From contig JAXDQS010000003.1 in NCBI GenBank assembly GCA_034667725.1, forward strand, positions 160,001 to 224,000: DNA of 64,000 bases, written 5' to 3'. Both the position numbers and the translations under genes were made by a program. Positions 27,238 to 36,070 of this stretch are shown in pieces (within the stretch, counting starts at the first letter, position 1; every line of letters begins with the position of its first letter). The notes beneath the pieces are model-generated. The model was not told where the DNA came from and made no database searches. It worked only from the letters and a program-made list of their open reading frames with translations. The stretch comes from Thermoplasmata archaeon. Lineage in GTDB: Archaea; Thermoplasmatota; E2; JACPAO01; JAHFTW01.

Positions 27238-28902
27238 ATGCCCGTCGTGACCTTCCAGGCCTCCGACCTGTGCCGCCTCATCGGCAAGAAGGTGCCGACG
27301 CAGGAGCTGGCCGAGCGGATGCCGATGATGGGCGGCGACCTCGACAAGGTGGTCGGCGACGCCATCACCATCGAATGGTTCCCCAACCGGCCCGACCTGC
27401 TGGTGCTGGAGGGGACCGGCCGTGCGCTGCGGGCGTTCCTGGACGTCAAGCCCGGCCTGCCCGAGTATCCGGTGGCGCCGCCCAAGACCGAATTGCGCGT
27501 GGACCCGATGGTGCAGGCCGTCCGCCCCTACGCGGCGCTGTGCTTCGTGCGCGGCGTGCCGTTCGACGACGCCTACGTCCAAGCCGTCATCGACGCGCAG
27601 GAGAAGCTCACCTTCAGCCCAGGCCGCAAGCGCCGCAAGGTCGCGATCGGCGTCCACGACGCCTCGGGCCTCAAGGGGCCGTTCAAGTACACGTGCGTGG
27701 GGCCGTCGGAAAAGCCGTTCACGCCCCTGAACGACACCGCGCCGCGCACGCCGGAGCAGATTCTGCGCAACCACCCCAAGGGCCTGGAGTACGGCCACCT
27801 GCTGCCGCAGCCGCGCGCCAGCTCGAAGACGTTCCCGGTGTTCCTCGACGGCGACGGCCAGGTGCTGTCGATGCCGCCCATCATCAACGCCGCCCGCACC
27901 GCCGTGACCGCCAAGACCCGCGACCTGCTGCTGGACGTGACCGGCACCGACCTGCGCTCCGTCAAGCAGACCATCGCGCTCCTGGCCACCTGCTTCGCCG
28001 AGCGCGGCGGCGCCATCGAGGCCGTCAGCGTCCACGACGGCAGCGGCGCCTGGACTTGCCCCGAGCTCAAGCCGTCCGAGCACGTGCTGCACACCGACGA
28101 CGTCGCCGCCCTGCTCGGCCTCCACTGGACCGGCGACCAGGTGGCCGCCTGCCTGCGCCGCATGGGCCACGAGGCGACCGCCTACGACAACAAGGTCCAC
28201 GTCAAGGTCGGCGCCTGGCGCCAGGACATCCTCCACCCTGTGGACCTGCTGGAGGACGTCGGCATCGGCTTCGGCTTCGACCGCTTCCCCGGCGACCTGC
28301 CCACCACCCAGACCTTCGCCGCCCGCCTGCCGCTGCAGGACCTGGAGGACGCCCTCCGCAGCCTCATGGTCGGCCACGGCTGGCACGAGGCCCGCACCCT
28401 TACGCTCTCCGACACCAAGCAGCAGTGGACCCACTGGGGCGACGAGCCGCGCCGCGCCGTCACCGTCCTCAACCCCGTCGTCGAAGACCAGACCCTGCTG
28501 CGCCAGCAACTCGTCCCCAGCCTGCTGCACGTGCTGGCCAACAACCGGCACCGCAGCCTGCCGCAACGCCTGTTCGAGGCCGGCTACACCGTCCACGACG
28601 ACCGCAAGGCCTGGCGCAACCACCTCCACTTCGCCGGCGTCGAACTGTCCGCCAAGGCCGGCTTCAGCGAGGCCAAGGGACTGGTCGAGGCCCTCGTGCG
28701 CGACGCCCGCCTGGACGCGGTGCTGGAGCCGGGCACGCGCCCGGGTTTGATCGAGGGGCGGCAAGGCCGCATCGTGGCGCACGGCATCGAGGTCGGCTGG
28801 TTCGGCGAGCTGCACCCGGACACCCTGGTGGCGTTCGGGCTGGGGGCGCCGGGGTACGCGTTCGAGATGGATTTGGAGCCGTTCCTCGGCGCGAAGCCTT
28901 AG
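27238..28902 (+). CDS. pheT: phenylalanine--tRNA ligase beta subunit (archaeal type)
   Basis: PNRPDLL, QEKL...GRKRRKVAIGVHD, SMPPIIN, R.DILHPVDLLEDV, GELHP. Confidence 0.95.
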   Translation: MPVVTFQASDLCRLIGKKVPTQELAERMPMMGGDLDKVVGDAITIEWFPNRPDLLVLEGTGRALRAFLDVKPGLPEYPVAPPKTELRVDPMVQAVRPYAALCFVRGVPFDDAYVQAVIDAQEKLTFSPGRKRRKVAIGVHDASGLKGPFKYTCVGPSEKPFTPLNDTAPRTPEQILRNHPKGLEYGHLLPQPRASSKTFPVFLDGDGQVLSMPPIINAARTAVTAKTRDLLLDVTGTDLRSVKQTIALLATCFAERGGAIEAVSVHDGSGAWTCPELKPSEHVLHTDDVAALLGLHWTGDQVAACLRRMGHEATAYDNKVHVKVGAWRQDILHPVDLLEDVGIGFGFDRFPGDLPTTQTFAARLPLQDLEDALRSLMVGHGWHEARTLTLSDTKQQWTHWGDEPRRAVTVLNPVVEDQTLLRQQLVPSLLHVLANNRHRSLPQRLFEAGYTVHDDRKAWRNHLHFAGVELSAKAGFSEAKGLVEALVRDARLDAVLEPGTRPGLIEGRQGRIVAHGIEVGWFGELHPDTLVAFGLGAPGYAFEMDLEPFLGAKP

Positions 28903-28905
28903 CCA

Positions 28906-28965
28906 ACCACGGATTTCACGGATGCCACGGGACCAGCGGTCCGTGCGATCCGTGAAATCCGTGGT
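28906..28965. repeat. CACGGAT-unit inverted repeat, copy 2
   Basis: ACCACGGATTTCACGGATGCCACGG...CCGTGCGATCCGTGAAATCCGTGGT fills the convergent pheT/uvrC gap. Confidence 0.88.
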
Positions 28966-30833
28966 CAGGCAGGCGGCGCAGGAACGGCCTCGTCGGGCCC
29001 GCGCAACGCCGCCTGGATCGCCGCCGCCACCGCCGGCGTGACCCCCCGCACCTTCTGCAGTTCCTCCAGGCTGGCGGCCCGCAACCCCTCCAGCCCGCCG
29101 AACGCCGTTACCAGCTCCGCCCGCCGCTTCGGCCCGATGCCGGGCACGTCGTCCAATGGGCTGGACACCACGCTCTGGGTGGACTTGCGCTGCACCTGCT
29201 GGATGCCGAAGCGGTGCGCCTCGTCGCGGACCCGCTGCAACAGCTGGAGCGCCGGGTCGGAGCGGGCCATCCGGAGCGGCTTGAGCCGGCCGGGGATGTG
29301 CACCAATTCCTCCTCCTTGGCCAGGCTGCACACCGGAAGGTGCAGCAGCGCCAGGCCCCGCAGCGCCTCGCGGGCGGCGTTGAGCTGGCCGGGCCCGCCG
29401 TCCACGAGGACGAGGTCGGGCAGCGGCTCGCCGCGCTCCAGCACGCCGCGGTAGCGCCGGCCGACGGCCTCCCCCATGGAGGCGAAGTCGTCGACCTCGC
29501 GGCCGGCACCCTTGGAGGCGGCGGTGCCGGCGGCGACGGCGGCCTCGCCGACCAGCTTCATGTTGAAGGTGCGGTAGCCGGCCTTGTCGGGCTCGCCGTC
29601 CACGAAGCGCACCATGGCGGCGCGGGTGAAGTCGCCGGCCAGGTGGCTGATGTCGAAGCCCTCGACGACGCGGGGCGGAACGGGCAGGGCGAGCGCGCGC
29701 TGGAGCGCCTCGAGGGCGCCTTGGCCGCGGCGGGAGCGGCGGTGCAGCTCCTCGGTGAGGCGGAGCGCCGCGTTGGTGCGCGCCACCTCGATCCAGCGCC
29801 GCTTGTCGCCCTTCTGGGGGGACTCGACGGTGACGGCCCCGCCCCGCAGCAGGCGCAAGTCGGCCTCCAGCGGGGCGGCGACGGGGTCGGGGGCGTCGAT
29901 GGCGAGGTTGCGCGGCACCGGGATGTCCTGGTAGTAGCCGCGCAGGAACGCCACCAGCGGGTGGTCGTCCTGCTCGTCGGCGGCGGCCCCGGTGACGATG
30001 AACGGGCTCTGGCCGACGACCTTGCCGTCGCGCTGGTGCAGCACCACGACGACGCCGAGGTCGCCGTCCACCGCCATGGCGGCGACGTCGCGGTCCTCCA
30101 ACCGGTCGGCGACCATGTGCTGGCGGTCGAGCACGTTGCGGAGGCCGGAGAGCTGGTCGCGCAGCCGGGCGGCCTCCTCGAAGCGCTGCGCCTCGGCGGC
30201 GGCCTCCATGCGGGCCTGGACGCGGCCGACGAGGTGGCCGGAGCGGCCCTCCAGCAGGTCGCGGACCTCGGCCACGAGCAGGTCGTACTCGTGGTCGGTG
30301 CAGGCGTCGATGCAGGGGGCCACGCACTTGCCGATGTCGTAGTAGAGGCACTTCTCTTTCGGGAGGACGCGGCAGCGCCGGAGCGGCACGAGGTCTTGGA
30401 TGGCCTGGAGCACGTGCCAGGCGCCGGTGCCGTCGGGGAACGGGCCGAAGTAGGTGGCGCCGTCGGCCTCGCGGCGATGGACCTTCAGCAGGCGCGGGTA
30501 GGGTTCGCGGGTGAGCTTGAGGTAGGGATACTGCTTGTCGTCGTTGAGCCGGACGTTGTAGCGCGGCCGGTGCAGCTTGATGAGGGTCTGCTCCAACAGC
30601 AGCGCCTCCTTCTCGGTGCGCACCGCGATGAAGTCGAGGTCGGCCACGTCCTCCATCAGCCGCGCCGTCTTGGGCGTCGTCGGGTCGAGGTAGGAGCTGA
30701 CGCGGCTGCGGAGGTCCACGGCCTTGCCGACGTAGAGGATGGTGCCCGTCGCGTCCTTCCACTGGTAGACGCCGGGGCCGCGGCTGAGGCGCGCGACGCG
30801 CTCCTGCAACGCCGGTGACACGGGCACGCGCAT
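28965..30833 (-). CDS. uvrC: excinuclease ABC subunit C
   Basis: PGVYQW...LYVGKA (GIY-YIG), UVR coil FEEAARLRD, EGFDISH, DGGPGQL, RDEAHRF, HhH GIGPKR. Confidence 0.96.
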   Translation of the reverse strand: MRVPVSPALQERVARLSRGPGVYQWKDATGTILYVGKAVDLRSRVSSYLDPTTPKTARLMEDVADLDFIAVRTEKEALLLEQTLIKLHRPRYNVRLNDDKQYPYLKLTREPYPRLLKVHRREADGATYFGPFPDGTGAWHVLQAIQDLVPLRRCRVLPKEKCLYYDIGKCVAPCIDACTDHEYDLLVAEVRDLLEGRSGHLVGRVQARMEAAAEAQRFEEAARLRDQLSGLRNVLDRQHMVADRLEDRDVAAMAVDGDLGVVVVLHQRDGKVVGQSPFIVTGAAADEQDDHPLVAFLRGYYQDIPVPRNLAIDAPDPVAAPLEADLRLLRGGAVTVESPQKGDKRRWIEVARTNAALRLTEELHRRSRRGQGALEALQRALALPVPPRVVEGFDISHLAGDFTRAAMVRFVDGEPDKAGYRTFNMKLVGEAAVAAGTAASKGAGREVDDFASMGEAVGRRYRGVLERGEPLPDLVLVDGGPGQLNAAREALRGLALLHLPVCSLAKEEELVHIPGRLKPLRMARSDPALQLLQRVRDEAHRFGIQQVQRKSTQSVVSSPLDDVPGIGPKRRAELVTAFGGLEGLRAASLEELQKVRGVTPAVAAAIQAALRGPDEAVPAPPA

Positions 30834-30919
30834 GTCCAGGAGGGTTCTCCGGATGAGCGTGGTGGAGGGGGAAAAACCACTGCCGGGTCGCCATCGTCGC
30901 CGGCGCACGCTTTTTTGTT

Positions 30920-31729
30920 TCAGCCGCGCGGGCGCCGCAGGGCCGCCGCCAGCCCGACGGCCAGGAGGCCGGCGGCGAACGCGGGCGCCGGCAGGTCGAG
31001 GACTTGGCGGCCCGACGGCGGCGCGTCGACGCCGAGCCGCACCTGCTCCCCGACCGTGCCGTCCCGCAGCGAGGCCGCCGTCGCCACCAGCCACAAGGTG
31101 GTGGCCGGGCCGCGGACGTAGTGCAGCACCGGATGCGCGGTCTCGCCCGGCTGCAGCGGCACCGGCGTCGGCAGGATCGGGGCGCCGACGACCTCGTCGT
31201 CCTGATCGAGGTCGAGCTCGAAGCGGACCTCGATGGGGGAATCGCCCACGTTCGAGGCCGACAGGACCCAGCGGGTGCCGCCGACGTCCTCCGGCGGGCC
31301 GACGCCCACCGCCAGCCTGCCGTGGAACGCCAGCGCCACGCGGGCCTCGCCCACGGCTTCGACGGCCGGCGCCTGGGCGGTGCGCAGGGTGGCGGTGGCG
31401 CGCAGCGCGTGCTCTTGGTCGCCCATGGCGTCGGGGCTGGTGGTGAACCGGACCGGCACCTCCAGGTCCCAGGCCTCGCTGAGGCATGGGCGCGAGTCGA
31501 GCACGAGCGGGTCGGCGGCCGCCTTCACGGCCCCTTGCTCGAAGACCAGTTGCACGACCGGGTCGATCCAGGCCTCGTTGCCGGCGCAGCCGACCCGCAC
31601 CGGGACCGGCACCGTGGCCTCGTCGCCGACCGACATCTGGACGACGTCCCAGGGCGGCAGCTCGACCCGGGCGGCCTCGGCGGCGGGCAGCAGCAACAGC
31701 AAGGCGAGCGCCCAGGGGGCAAGGGCCAT
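30920..31729 (-). CDS. secreted surface protein with C-terminal TM + Arg sorting-like tail
   Basis: N-terminal signal peptide (ALALLLLLPAAEA); C-terminal LPAPAFAAGLLAVGLAAALRRPRG. Confidence 0.65.
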   Translation of the reverse strand: MALAPWALALLLLLPAAEAARVELPPWDVVQMSVGDEATVPVPVRVGCAGNEAWIDPVVQLVFEQGAVKAAADPLVLDSRPCLSEAWDLEVPVRFTTSPDAMGDQEHALRATATLRTAQAPAVEAVGEARVALAFHGRLAVGVGPPEDVGGTRWVLSASNVGDSPIEVRFELDLDQDDEVVGAPILPTPVPLQPGETAHPVLHYVRGPATTLWLVATAASLRDGTVGEQVRLGVDAPPSGRQVLDLPAPAFAAGLLAVGLAAALRRPRG

Positions 31730-31830
31730 GGCGGCCGCAGCCGGGTCGGCCGGGCTTAGGGATTCCGGCGAACGGCTGCGAACGGGTCGCAAGGCGCCAT
31801 GCTTATCGCGGTCCCGCCGGTTTGCCCGGC

Positions 31831-32184
31831 ATGGCCTTGGCCCTCATGGACTCGCAATACGGCTTCCGCTTCGACACGCCCGGCATCGTCGGGTTCCTGG
31901 TCGTGCTGCTGCTCACGGCGCTGTTCATCTACTTCGCCGCCAAGCTGCTCGGCGAGACGGAAGGCTACGGCACGGCGCTGGTCGTCGCCCTCGTGGGCGG
32001 CATCCTGGCGAACCTCGTGTCGTACTTCGTGGCCGGGCTGCTCGGGCTCATCCTTGCCGTCGTGGTGTGGGCCCTGGTGGCCGCGGCCGCCTACCACACC
32101 CGCTGGCTCAAGGGCCTCTTGATCGGCTTCCTGGCCTGGGTGCTGTTCTTCCTGGCCCAGCTGGCCGTGGCCGCGCTGCGCTGA
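31831..32184 (+). CDS. small 4-TM membrane protein
   Basis: Four hydrophobic helices; CTTATC box 24-29 nt upstream. Confidence 0.65.
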   Translation: MALALMDSQYGFRFDTPGIVGFLVVLLLTALFIYFAAKLLGETEGYGTALVVALVGGILANLVSYFVAGLLGLILAVVVWALVAAAAYHTRWLKGLLIGFLAWVLFFLAQLAVAALR

Positions 32185-32232
32185 ACCGCGCGAAACCGGA
32201 AGCCTGAACTCGCGCCCCGCGGCGTGCGACGC

Positions 32233-32613
32233 ATGGGCCTGGAGTCCTGGGGCCTGCCGTCGCCCAACTACGACATGGCGACCCCGTCCGGCGTGCTGTC
32301 GCTCATCCTGTCCATGGCGGTCGTGGGGGCGTCGATGTGGCTGGCCGCGCGCGCCGTCCTGCGGAAGGACGACTTCTTCCGCGCCGTGTGCGCCGGCATG
32401 ATCGGCCTCCTGGTCGCCCACCTGGCCTACGTGCTCACGGACGAGTACCCCATCGTCGGCCTGCTGCTGGGCCTCGCGGCGTTCGCCCTGGTGACGGCGG
32501 CCATCTACCGCGCCAAGGCCGCGCAGGGCTTCGTCGTCGGCGCCGTCGCGTGGGTGCTGTGGATTCTGGCCACCCTCGCGCTGGCCTACGTCAAGGCCCA
32601 CTGGACCCCTTGA
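32233..32613 (+). CDS. small 4-TM membrane protein, paralog of the upstream gene
   Basis: Similar pattern (AA(K/R)...; A..Y; G...AWVL). Confidence 0.65.
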   Translation: MGLESWGLPSPNYDMATPSGVLSLILSMAVVGASMWLAARAVLRKDDFFRAVCAGMIGLLVAHLAYVLTDEYPIVGLLLGLAAFALVTAAIYRAKAAQGFVVGAVAWVLWILATLALAYVKAHWTP

Positions 32614-32616
32614 AAG

Positions 32617-32688
32617 AGCCGCTGGCGTGATTCGAACACGCGACCACCTCCTTACCAAGGAGGTGCTCTACCACTGAGCCACAGCGGC
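32617..32688 (-). tRNA. tRNA-Thr (GGT)
   Basis: Cloverleaf GCCGCTG/CAGCGGC, anticodon arm CCTCC-TT-GGT-AA-GGAGG, TTCGAAT T-loop; TAAATA box ~28 nt upstream. Confidence 0.96.
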
Positions 32689-32742
32689 GGCGAAGCCGGC
32701 CACAGGAGGCCCATATTTAGCGGCTTCCAAGCCCGTGCATCC

Positions 32743-32846
32743 CAAAAAGCCGACGAAGGGATTCAACGCCGGGGGCTGCGCCCCGCGGGCCGCCCGCGCG
32801 TCGTGGGGCCTGCGGCCCCACATAGCAAAAAGCCGACGAAGGGATT
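32743..32846 (-). repeat. 21-bp direct repeat of the tRNA-Thr(TGT) 3' end around a 62-bp GCA-triloop hairpin insert
   Basis: CAAAAAGCCGACGAAGGGATT at 32743-32763 and 32826-32846; the insert on the minus strand has GTGGGGCC-GCA-GGCCCCAC and GGGGC-GCA-GCCCC. Confidence 0.75.
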
Positions 32847-32902
32847 TGAACCCTCGACCTGCGGTTTACAAGACCGCTGCACTACCGCTATGCTACGTCG
32901 GC
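32831..32902 (-). tRNA. tRNA-Thr (TGT)
   Basis: Cloverleaf GCCGACG/CGTCGGC, anticodon arm GCGGT-CT-TGT-AA-ACCGC, GGTTCAAATCC. Confidence 0.96.
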
Positions 32903-33006
32903 GGACGGAGTCGCCGCGCGGCTTGCGGCGTGCAGGCTGCACGGCCGCATGCTGCGTCGGCGTTGGGCAGGCGAGCCGGCCGGTGTTCAAAACGGGCTTG
33001 GCGGGC

Positions 33007-33852
33007 TCAGGGCCACACGAAGTCCACCGTCAGGCCGGGGTCGCCGGCCGCGTACGGGTAGATGTAGAGCCAGGAGGTGAGCTCCGGGACCTCGCCTTGG
33101 CACAGGCCGCTGCCGTTGCTGGCGTCGCCCAGGATGCTGGTCTGGTCCTCGGCCACGAACACGCAGTCGGAGTCGGGGTTGGCCGTCGAGTCCGAGGTGA
33201 ACTCCACGCCCCAGTAGCGGCTGTCCAACGGGACCCAGTGGCCGTCGATGGGCTCGGCGTCGGGGCCTTGGCCGAAGCTGATGCACTTCTCGGGGCCGAT
33301 GACGTCGCCCGCGCAGCCGGCGGAGGGACCGAGCTCGAAATGGAGAGGGTCCGGGGCGGCCGGGGGCGGGGGCGCGATGGCCTTGACCTCCAGGGCCTTG
33401 CCGAGCTTCTGGCCGTCTGCGTAGGTGACGTTGAAGGTGGCGGTGAAGTTGCCGCCGACGCTGTAGACGTAGGTGAACGAGGCGGGGACGCTGCCCTTGC
33501 CGGTCTTGGCCTGGCTGCCGTCGCCGAAGCTGAGGCGCCACTGGGTCTTGGGGTCGGTGCCCGTGGCCGCCGTGCTGAAGGTCACGTTGAGGGGTGTCGA
33601 GCCTTGCAGGACGGGGGCCGTGAAGGTGATGGTGCGGTTGCCGGCCCCGGTCCCGCCGGTGCCCGTGCCTGCCGTCCCGCCGGTGCCGGTGCCGCCCGTG
33701 GCATGGGTGCCGGTCCCGGAGCCGGTCTGGGTGTCGGCGCCGGTGCCGCCGCCCGGGCCCGTGGTGTCCGTGCCGTCAGGCCCCCCGTCGTCCGACGAGC
33801 AGCCCGCAAGCAAAGAGAAAAGCAGCATGGCCGTGGCCAGCACCCAACGCAT
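33007..33852 (-). CDS. PKD-domain lipoprotein with Thr/Gly linker
   Basis: LLAGC lipobox, TGTG linker, PLNVTF...W.LSFGDG...Y...GNFTA. Confidence 0.8.
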   Translation of the reverse strand: MRWVLATAMLLFSLLAGCSSDDGGPDGTDTTGPGGGTGADTQTGSGTGTHATGGTGTGGTAGTGTGGTGAGNRTITFTAPVLQGSTPLNVTFSTAATGTDPKTQWRLSFGDGSQAKTGKGSVPASFTYVYSVGGNFTATFNVTYADGQKLGKALEVKAIAPPPPAAPDPLHFELGPSAGCAGDVIGPEKCISFGQGPDAEPIDGHWVPLDSRYWGVEFTSDSTANPDSDCVFVAEDQTSILGDASNGSGLCQGEVPELTSWLYIYPYAAGDPGLTVDFVWP

Positions 33853-33942
33853 AAGCCGGCAAGAAAGGGGGCCCTCTTCAGGATGCCGGGTTTGGCCAAG
33901 TCCCCAATGCTTATCCTGGGGCTCCGGGTAGGAGCTTCTGCC

Positions 33943-34320
33943 ATGGTCGCCACGATCAACGACATCCTGGAAATCGTGCGCAGCAACCCCTTCATCGACG
34001 GGGTGGGCTACTTCGTGGAGATCACGACCTCCCAGCCGGTGCCCAAGGGCGACGTCCCCAAGCTGTCCGAGAAGATGCGCGACGCCTTCTGCGAGCACGC
34101 CCAGGTCACCTTGGAGGGCGAGGACGTCCTCGGCCTGGACTTCCATGAGCACATCTTCACCCAGGGCGACGAGGCCGACGAGGACCTCCAGGCCTTGGCC
34201 GACATCCTGCACCACGTCGAGCGCCGCTACGGCGTCGACCACCTGTGCATCGAGTTCCAGTTCGACTTCAGCCGGGCCCGCGAGGCCAAGAAGGAGCTGG
34301 ACGAGCTGCTCAAGCCGTAG
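33943..34320 (+). CDS. hypothetical acidic protein
   Basis: Strong host codon bias; CTTATC box ~30 nt upstream. Confidence 0.7.
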   Translation: MVATINDILEIVRSNPFIDGVGYFVEITTSQPVPKGDVPKLSEKMRDAFCEHAQVTLEGEDVLGLDFHEHIFTQGDEADEDLQALADILHHVERRYGVDHLCIEFQFDFSRAREAKKELDELLKP

Positions 34321-34354
34321 GCCGAGACCCGGGCCTGACGAGCGCCCACCCGCG

Positions 34355-35044
34355 TCAGTCCGCGACGACCAGGTCGTCCCCGTACCGCTCCTCGGCCCCC
34401 GGCGGCAGGAACTTGCTGCTGCACCCGACCAGGTAGCCGTCCACCTGGTAGACCAAGGCCCCGGGGGGCAGCGCGGTCCCGTCGGGCAGCGCCGTCAGCA
34501 GGCGCCCGGTGAACTGGCCCGGCTTGGGCTGGAGGGGATGCTCCGGGGCGGCGTCGTACCAGGCCCAGACCCGGGCCGGCGTCTCCCCGACGCCCGCCAG
34601 CGCCTCCACCGGGAAGACCTGGCCTGCGCGCCCGAGGCGCCAGGCCGTCTCCGTCGGCGGGAGGGCGGGCTCGGGGTCGGCGGGGCTGCGGCGCGTCTCG
34701 TTGCGCAGCGTCCAGGCGACCTCGCCGTTGGTCTCCTCGATCGAGAGGCGGAGGGTGCTGTAGAGGCGGACGCCGTCCTGGGTCCAGCCTTGCGTCCAGG
34801 CGATGGCGTCCGAGAACGCGGGGTTGGGCGCGAGGTAGGTGCCGTTGGGGCCGGTGAGCGGGATTTGGCGGGGCTGGGGGACGCCGAGCATCGTCCAGGA
34901 GCCGGTGGTGTGCGCGGCGGGGTCGGCCAGGATCTCGGGGACTTGGCGGACGGCGGCCTCGGACTGGGAGGCGGCCAGCCAGAAGGTGGCGGCGCCGGCG
35001 GCGAGGATGGCGACCCCGACCAGGAGGCGGCTGCGGGCGTTCAT
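34355..35044 (-). CDS. ccmE: CcmE-like heme chaperone (CxxxF variant)
   Basis: N-terminal TM anchor, C-terminal VGCSSKF resembling the CxxxY CcmE motif; last gene of the ccm cluster. Confidence 0.55.
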   Translation of the reverse strand: MNARSRLLVGVAILAAGAATFWLAASQSEAAVRQVPEILADPAAHTTGSWTMLGVPQPRQIPLTGPNGTYLAPNPAFSDAIAWTQGWTQDGVRLYSTLRLSIEETNGEVAWTLRNETRRSPADPEPALPPTETAWRLGRAGQVFPVEALAGVGETPARVWAWYDAAPEHPLQPKPGQFTGRLLTALPDGTALPPGALVYQVDGYLVGCSSKFLPPGAEERYGDDLVVAD

Positions 35045-35172
35045 GGACGCCTCCGCAGCTCCTCGACCTGGCGCTGGAGGCGGCGGCTGCGGCGCTCCAG
35101 CAGGGCGAGGTAGGCGCCGACCAGGAGGGCGATGCTGCCGAAGGCGAGGGCGAAGCTTTGGGCGTCGGTCAT
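35041..35172 (-). CDS. ccmD: CcmD-like small membrane protein
   Basis: 43 aa, TM followed by Arg-rich helix (AYLALLERRSRRL), located between ccmC and ccmE. Confidence 0.6.
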   Translation of the reverse strand: MTDAQSFALAFGSIALLVGAYLALLERRSRRLQRQVEELRRRP

Positions 35173-35912
35173 GCGAGGGCCTCCTCCAGCTGCGCGAGGC
35201 GGACGCGGGCGAGGATGAGGTGGGCCAGCAGCAGCAGGAAGGCGACGGCGCTCAGGGCCAGCAGGACGTTGACCTCGGTGCTGGTGGCGGCGTCGTTGTT
35301 GGCGCCGGGGCCCAGCACGTCGGGGTGGAGGCTGGTCTGGACGAGGCGGCTCACGAGGAAGCTGGCGGGGACCGCGATGAAGCCGAGGACGCCGAAGGCG
35401 GCGCTGAGGCGGGCGCGGCGCTCGGCCCCGTCCACGAGGCGGCGCAGCAGCAGGTAGGCGGCGAAGGTGAGCCAGAGCACCAGGACGACCAGCACCTTGG
35501 GCTCGGAGTAGACGGTGGCGAGGGCCGACTGGCCGGTGCGCGACCACTCCTGCATCCCCCAGATGGTGCCGGTCGCGAGGGCGATGGTGTTGAACAGGAA
35601 GCCGACGCCGGCGGCGGCGCGGGCGTTGCGGTCGTGGCGCAGGTCGCGCTCGTTGAGGTAGGCGACGCCGTAGGCGAACGTCACCAGGTAGGCGGCGAAC
35701 GAGGCCCACGCGGTGGCGGGGTGGTAGAAGGTGAGCTTGCGGGTCAGCGGCGCCGTCACGTCGGGGGCGTAGGACCAGTCGGGGCCGCCCATGCCGCCGA
35801 GGAGCGGGACCCAGGAGGGCAGCGGCAGCCACGCCGTGTAGCCGAGCAGCAGGAGGGCCGCGACGGCGAGCACCAGGGTCGCCACGCGCCAGGGGCGCAT
35901 CGGGTCCTCCAT
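35169..35912 (-). CDS. ccmC: heme exporter / cytochrome c maturation protein CcmC
   Basis: FYHPATAW, TGTIWG...W, AYLLLR, LHP; the WWD motif is degenerate. Confidence 0.85.
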   Translation of the reverse strand: MEDPMRPWRVATLVLAVAALLLLGYTAWLPLPSWVPLLGGMGGPDWSYAPDVTAPLTRKLTFYHPATAWASFAAYLVTFAYGVAYLNERDLRHDRNARAAAGVGFLFNTIALATGTIWGMQEWSRTGQSALATVYSEPKVLVVLVLWLTFAAYLLLRRLVDGAERRARLSAAFGVLGFIAVPASFLVSRLVQTSLHPDVLGPGANNDAATSTEVNVLLALSAVAFLLLLAHLILARVRLAQLEEALA

Positions 35913-35984
35913 GGGGGCCGGTCCAGCCGGGGGGGCCGATAGGGCTTGTGGTGGTGGAGCGGAAGCTTGGATCCCCGACAGCGA

Positions 35985-36048
35985 ACCGAGGATTGCACGG
36001 ATCGCACGGAATGGCGTCAGCCTCCTTGAAATCCGTGCAATTCGTGGT
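35985..36048. repeat. CACGGAT-unit inverted repeat, degenerate copy 3
   Basis: ACCGAGGATTGCACGGATCGCACGGA...TGAAATCCGTGCAATTCGTGGT between ccmB and ccmC. Confidence 0.75.
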
Positions 36049-36070
36049 GGATTCGGGGCGACCAAGCCGC

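Noticed and set aside
32922-32949. Hairpin TGCGGC-GTGCA-GGC-TGCAC-GGCCGCA upstream of tRNA-Thr(TGT)
   Set aside because: Single copy, no GNA loop or flanking duplication; cannot be distinguished from a chance GC-rich stem
11717-36048. CACGGAT repeats or tRNA-end duplications as a CRISPR array
   Set aside because: No regularly spaced direct repeats with unique spacers and no cas genes in the window
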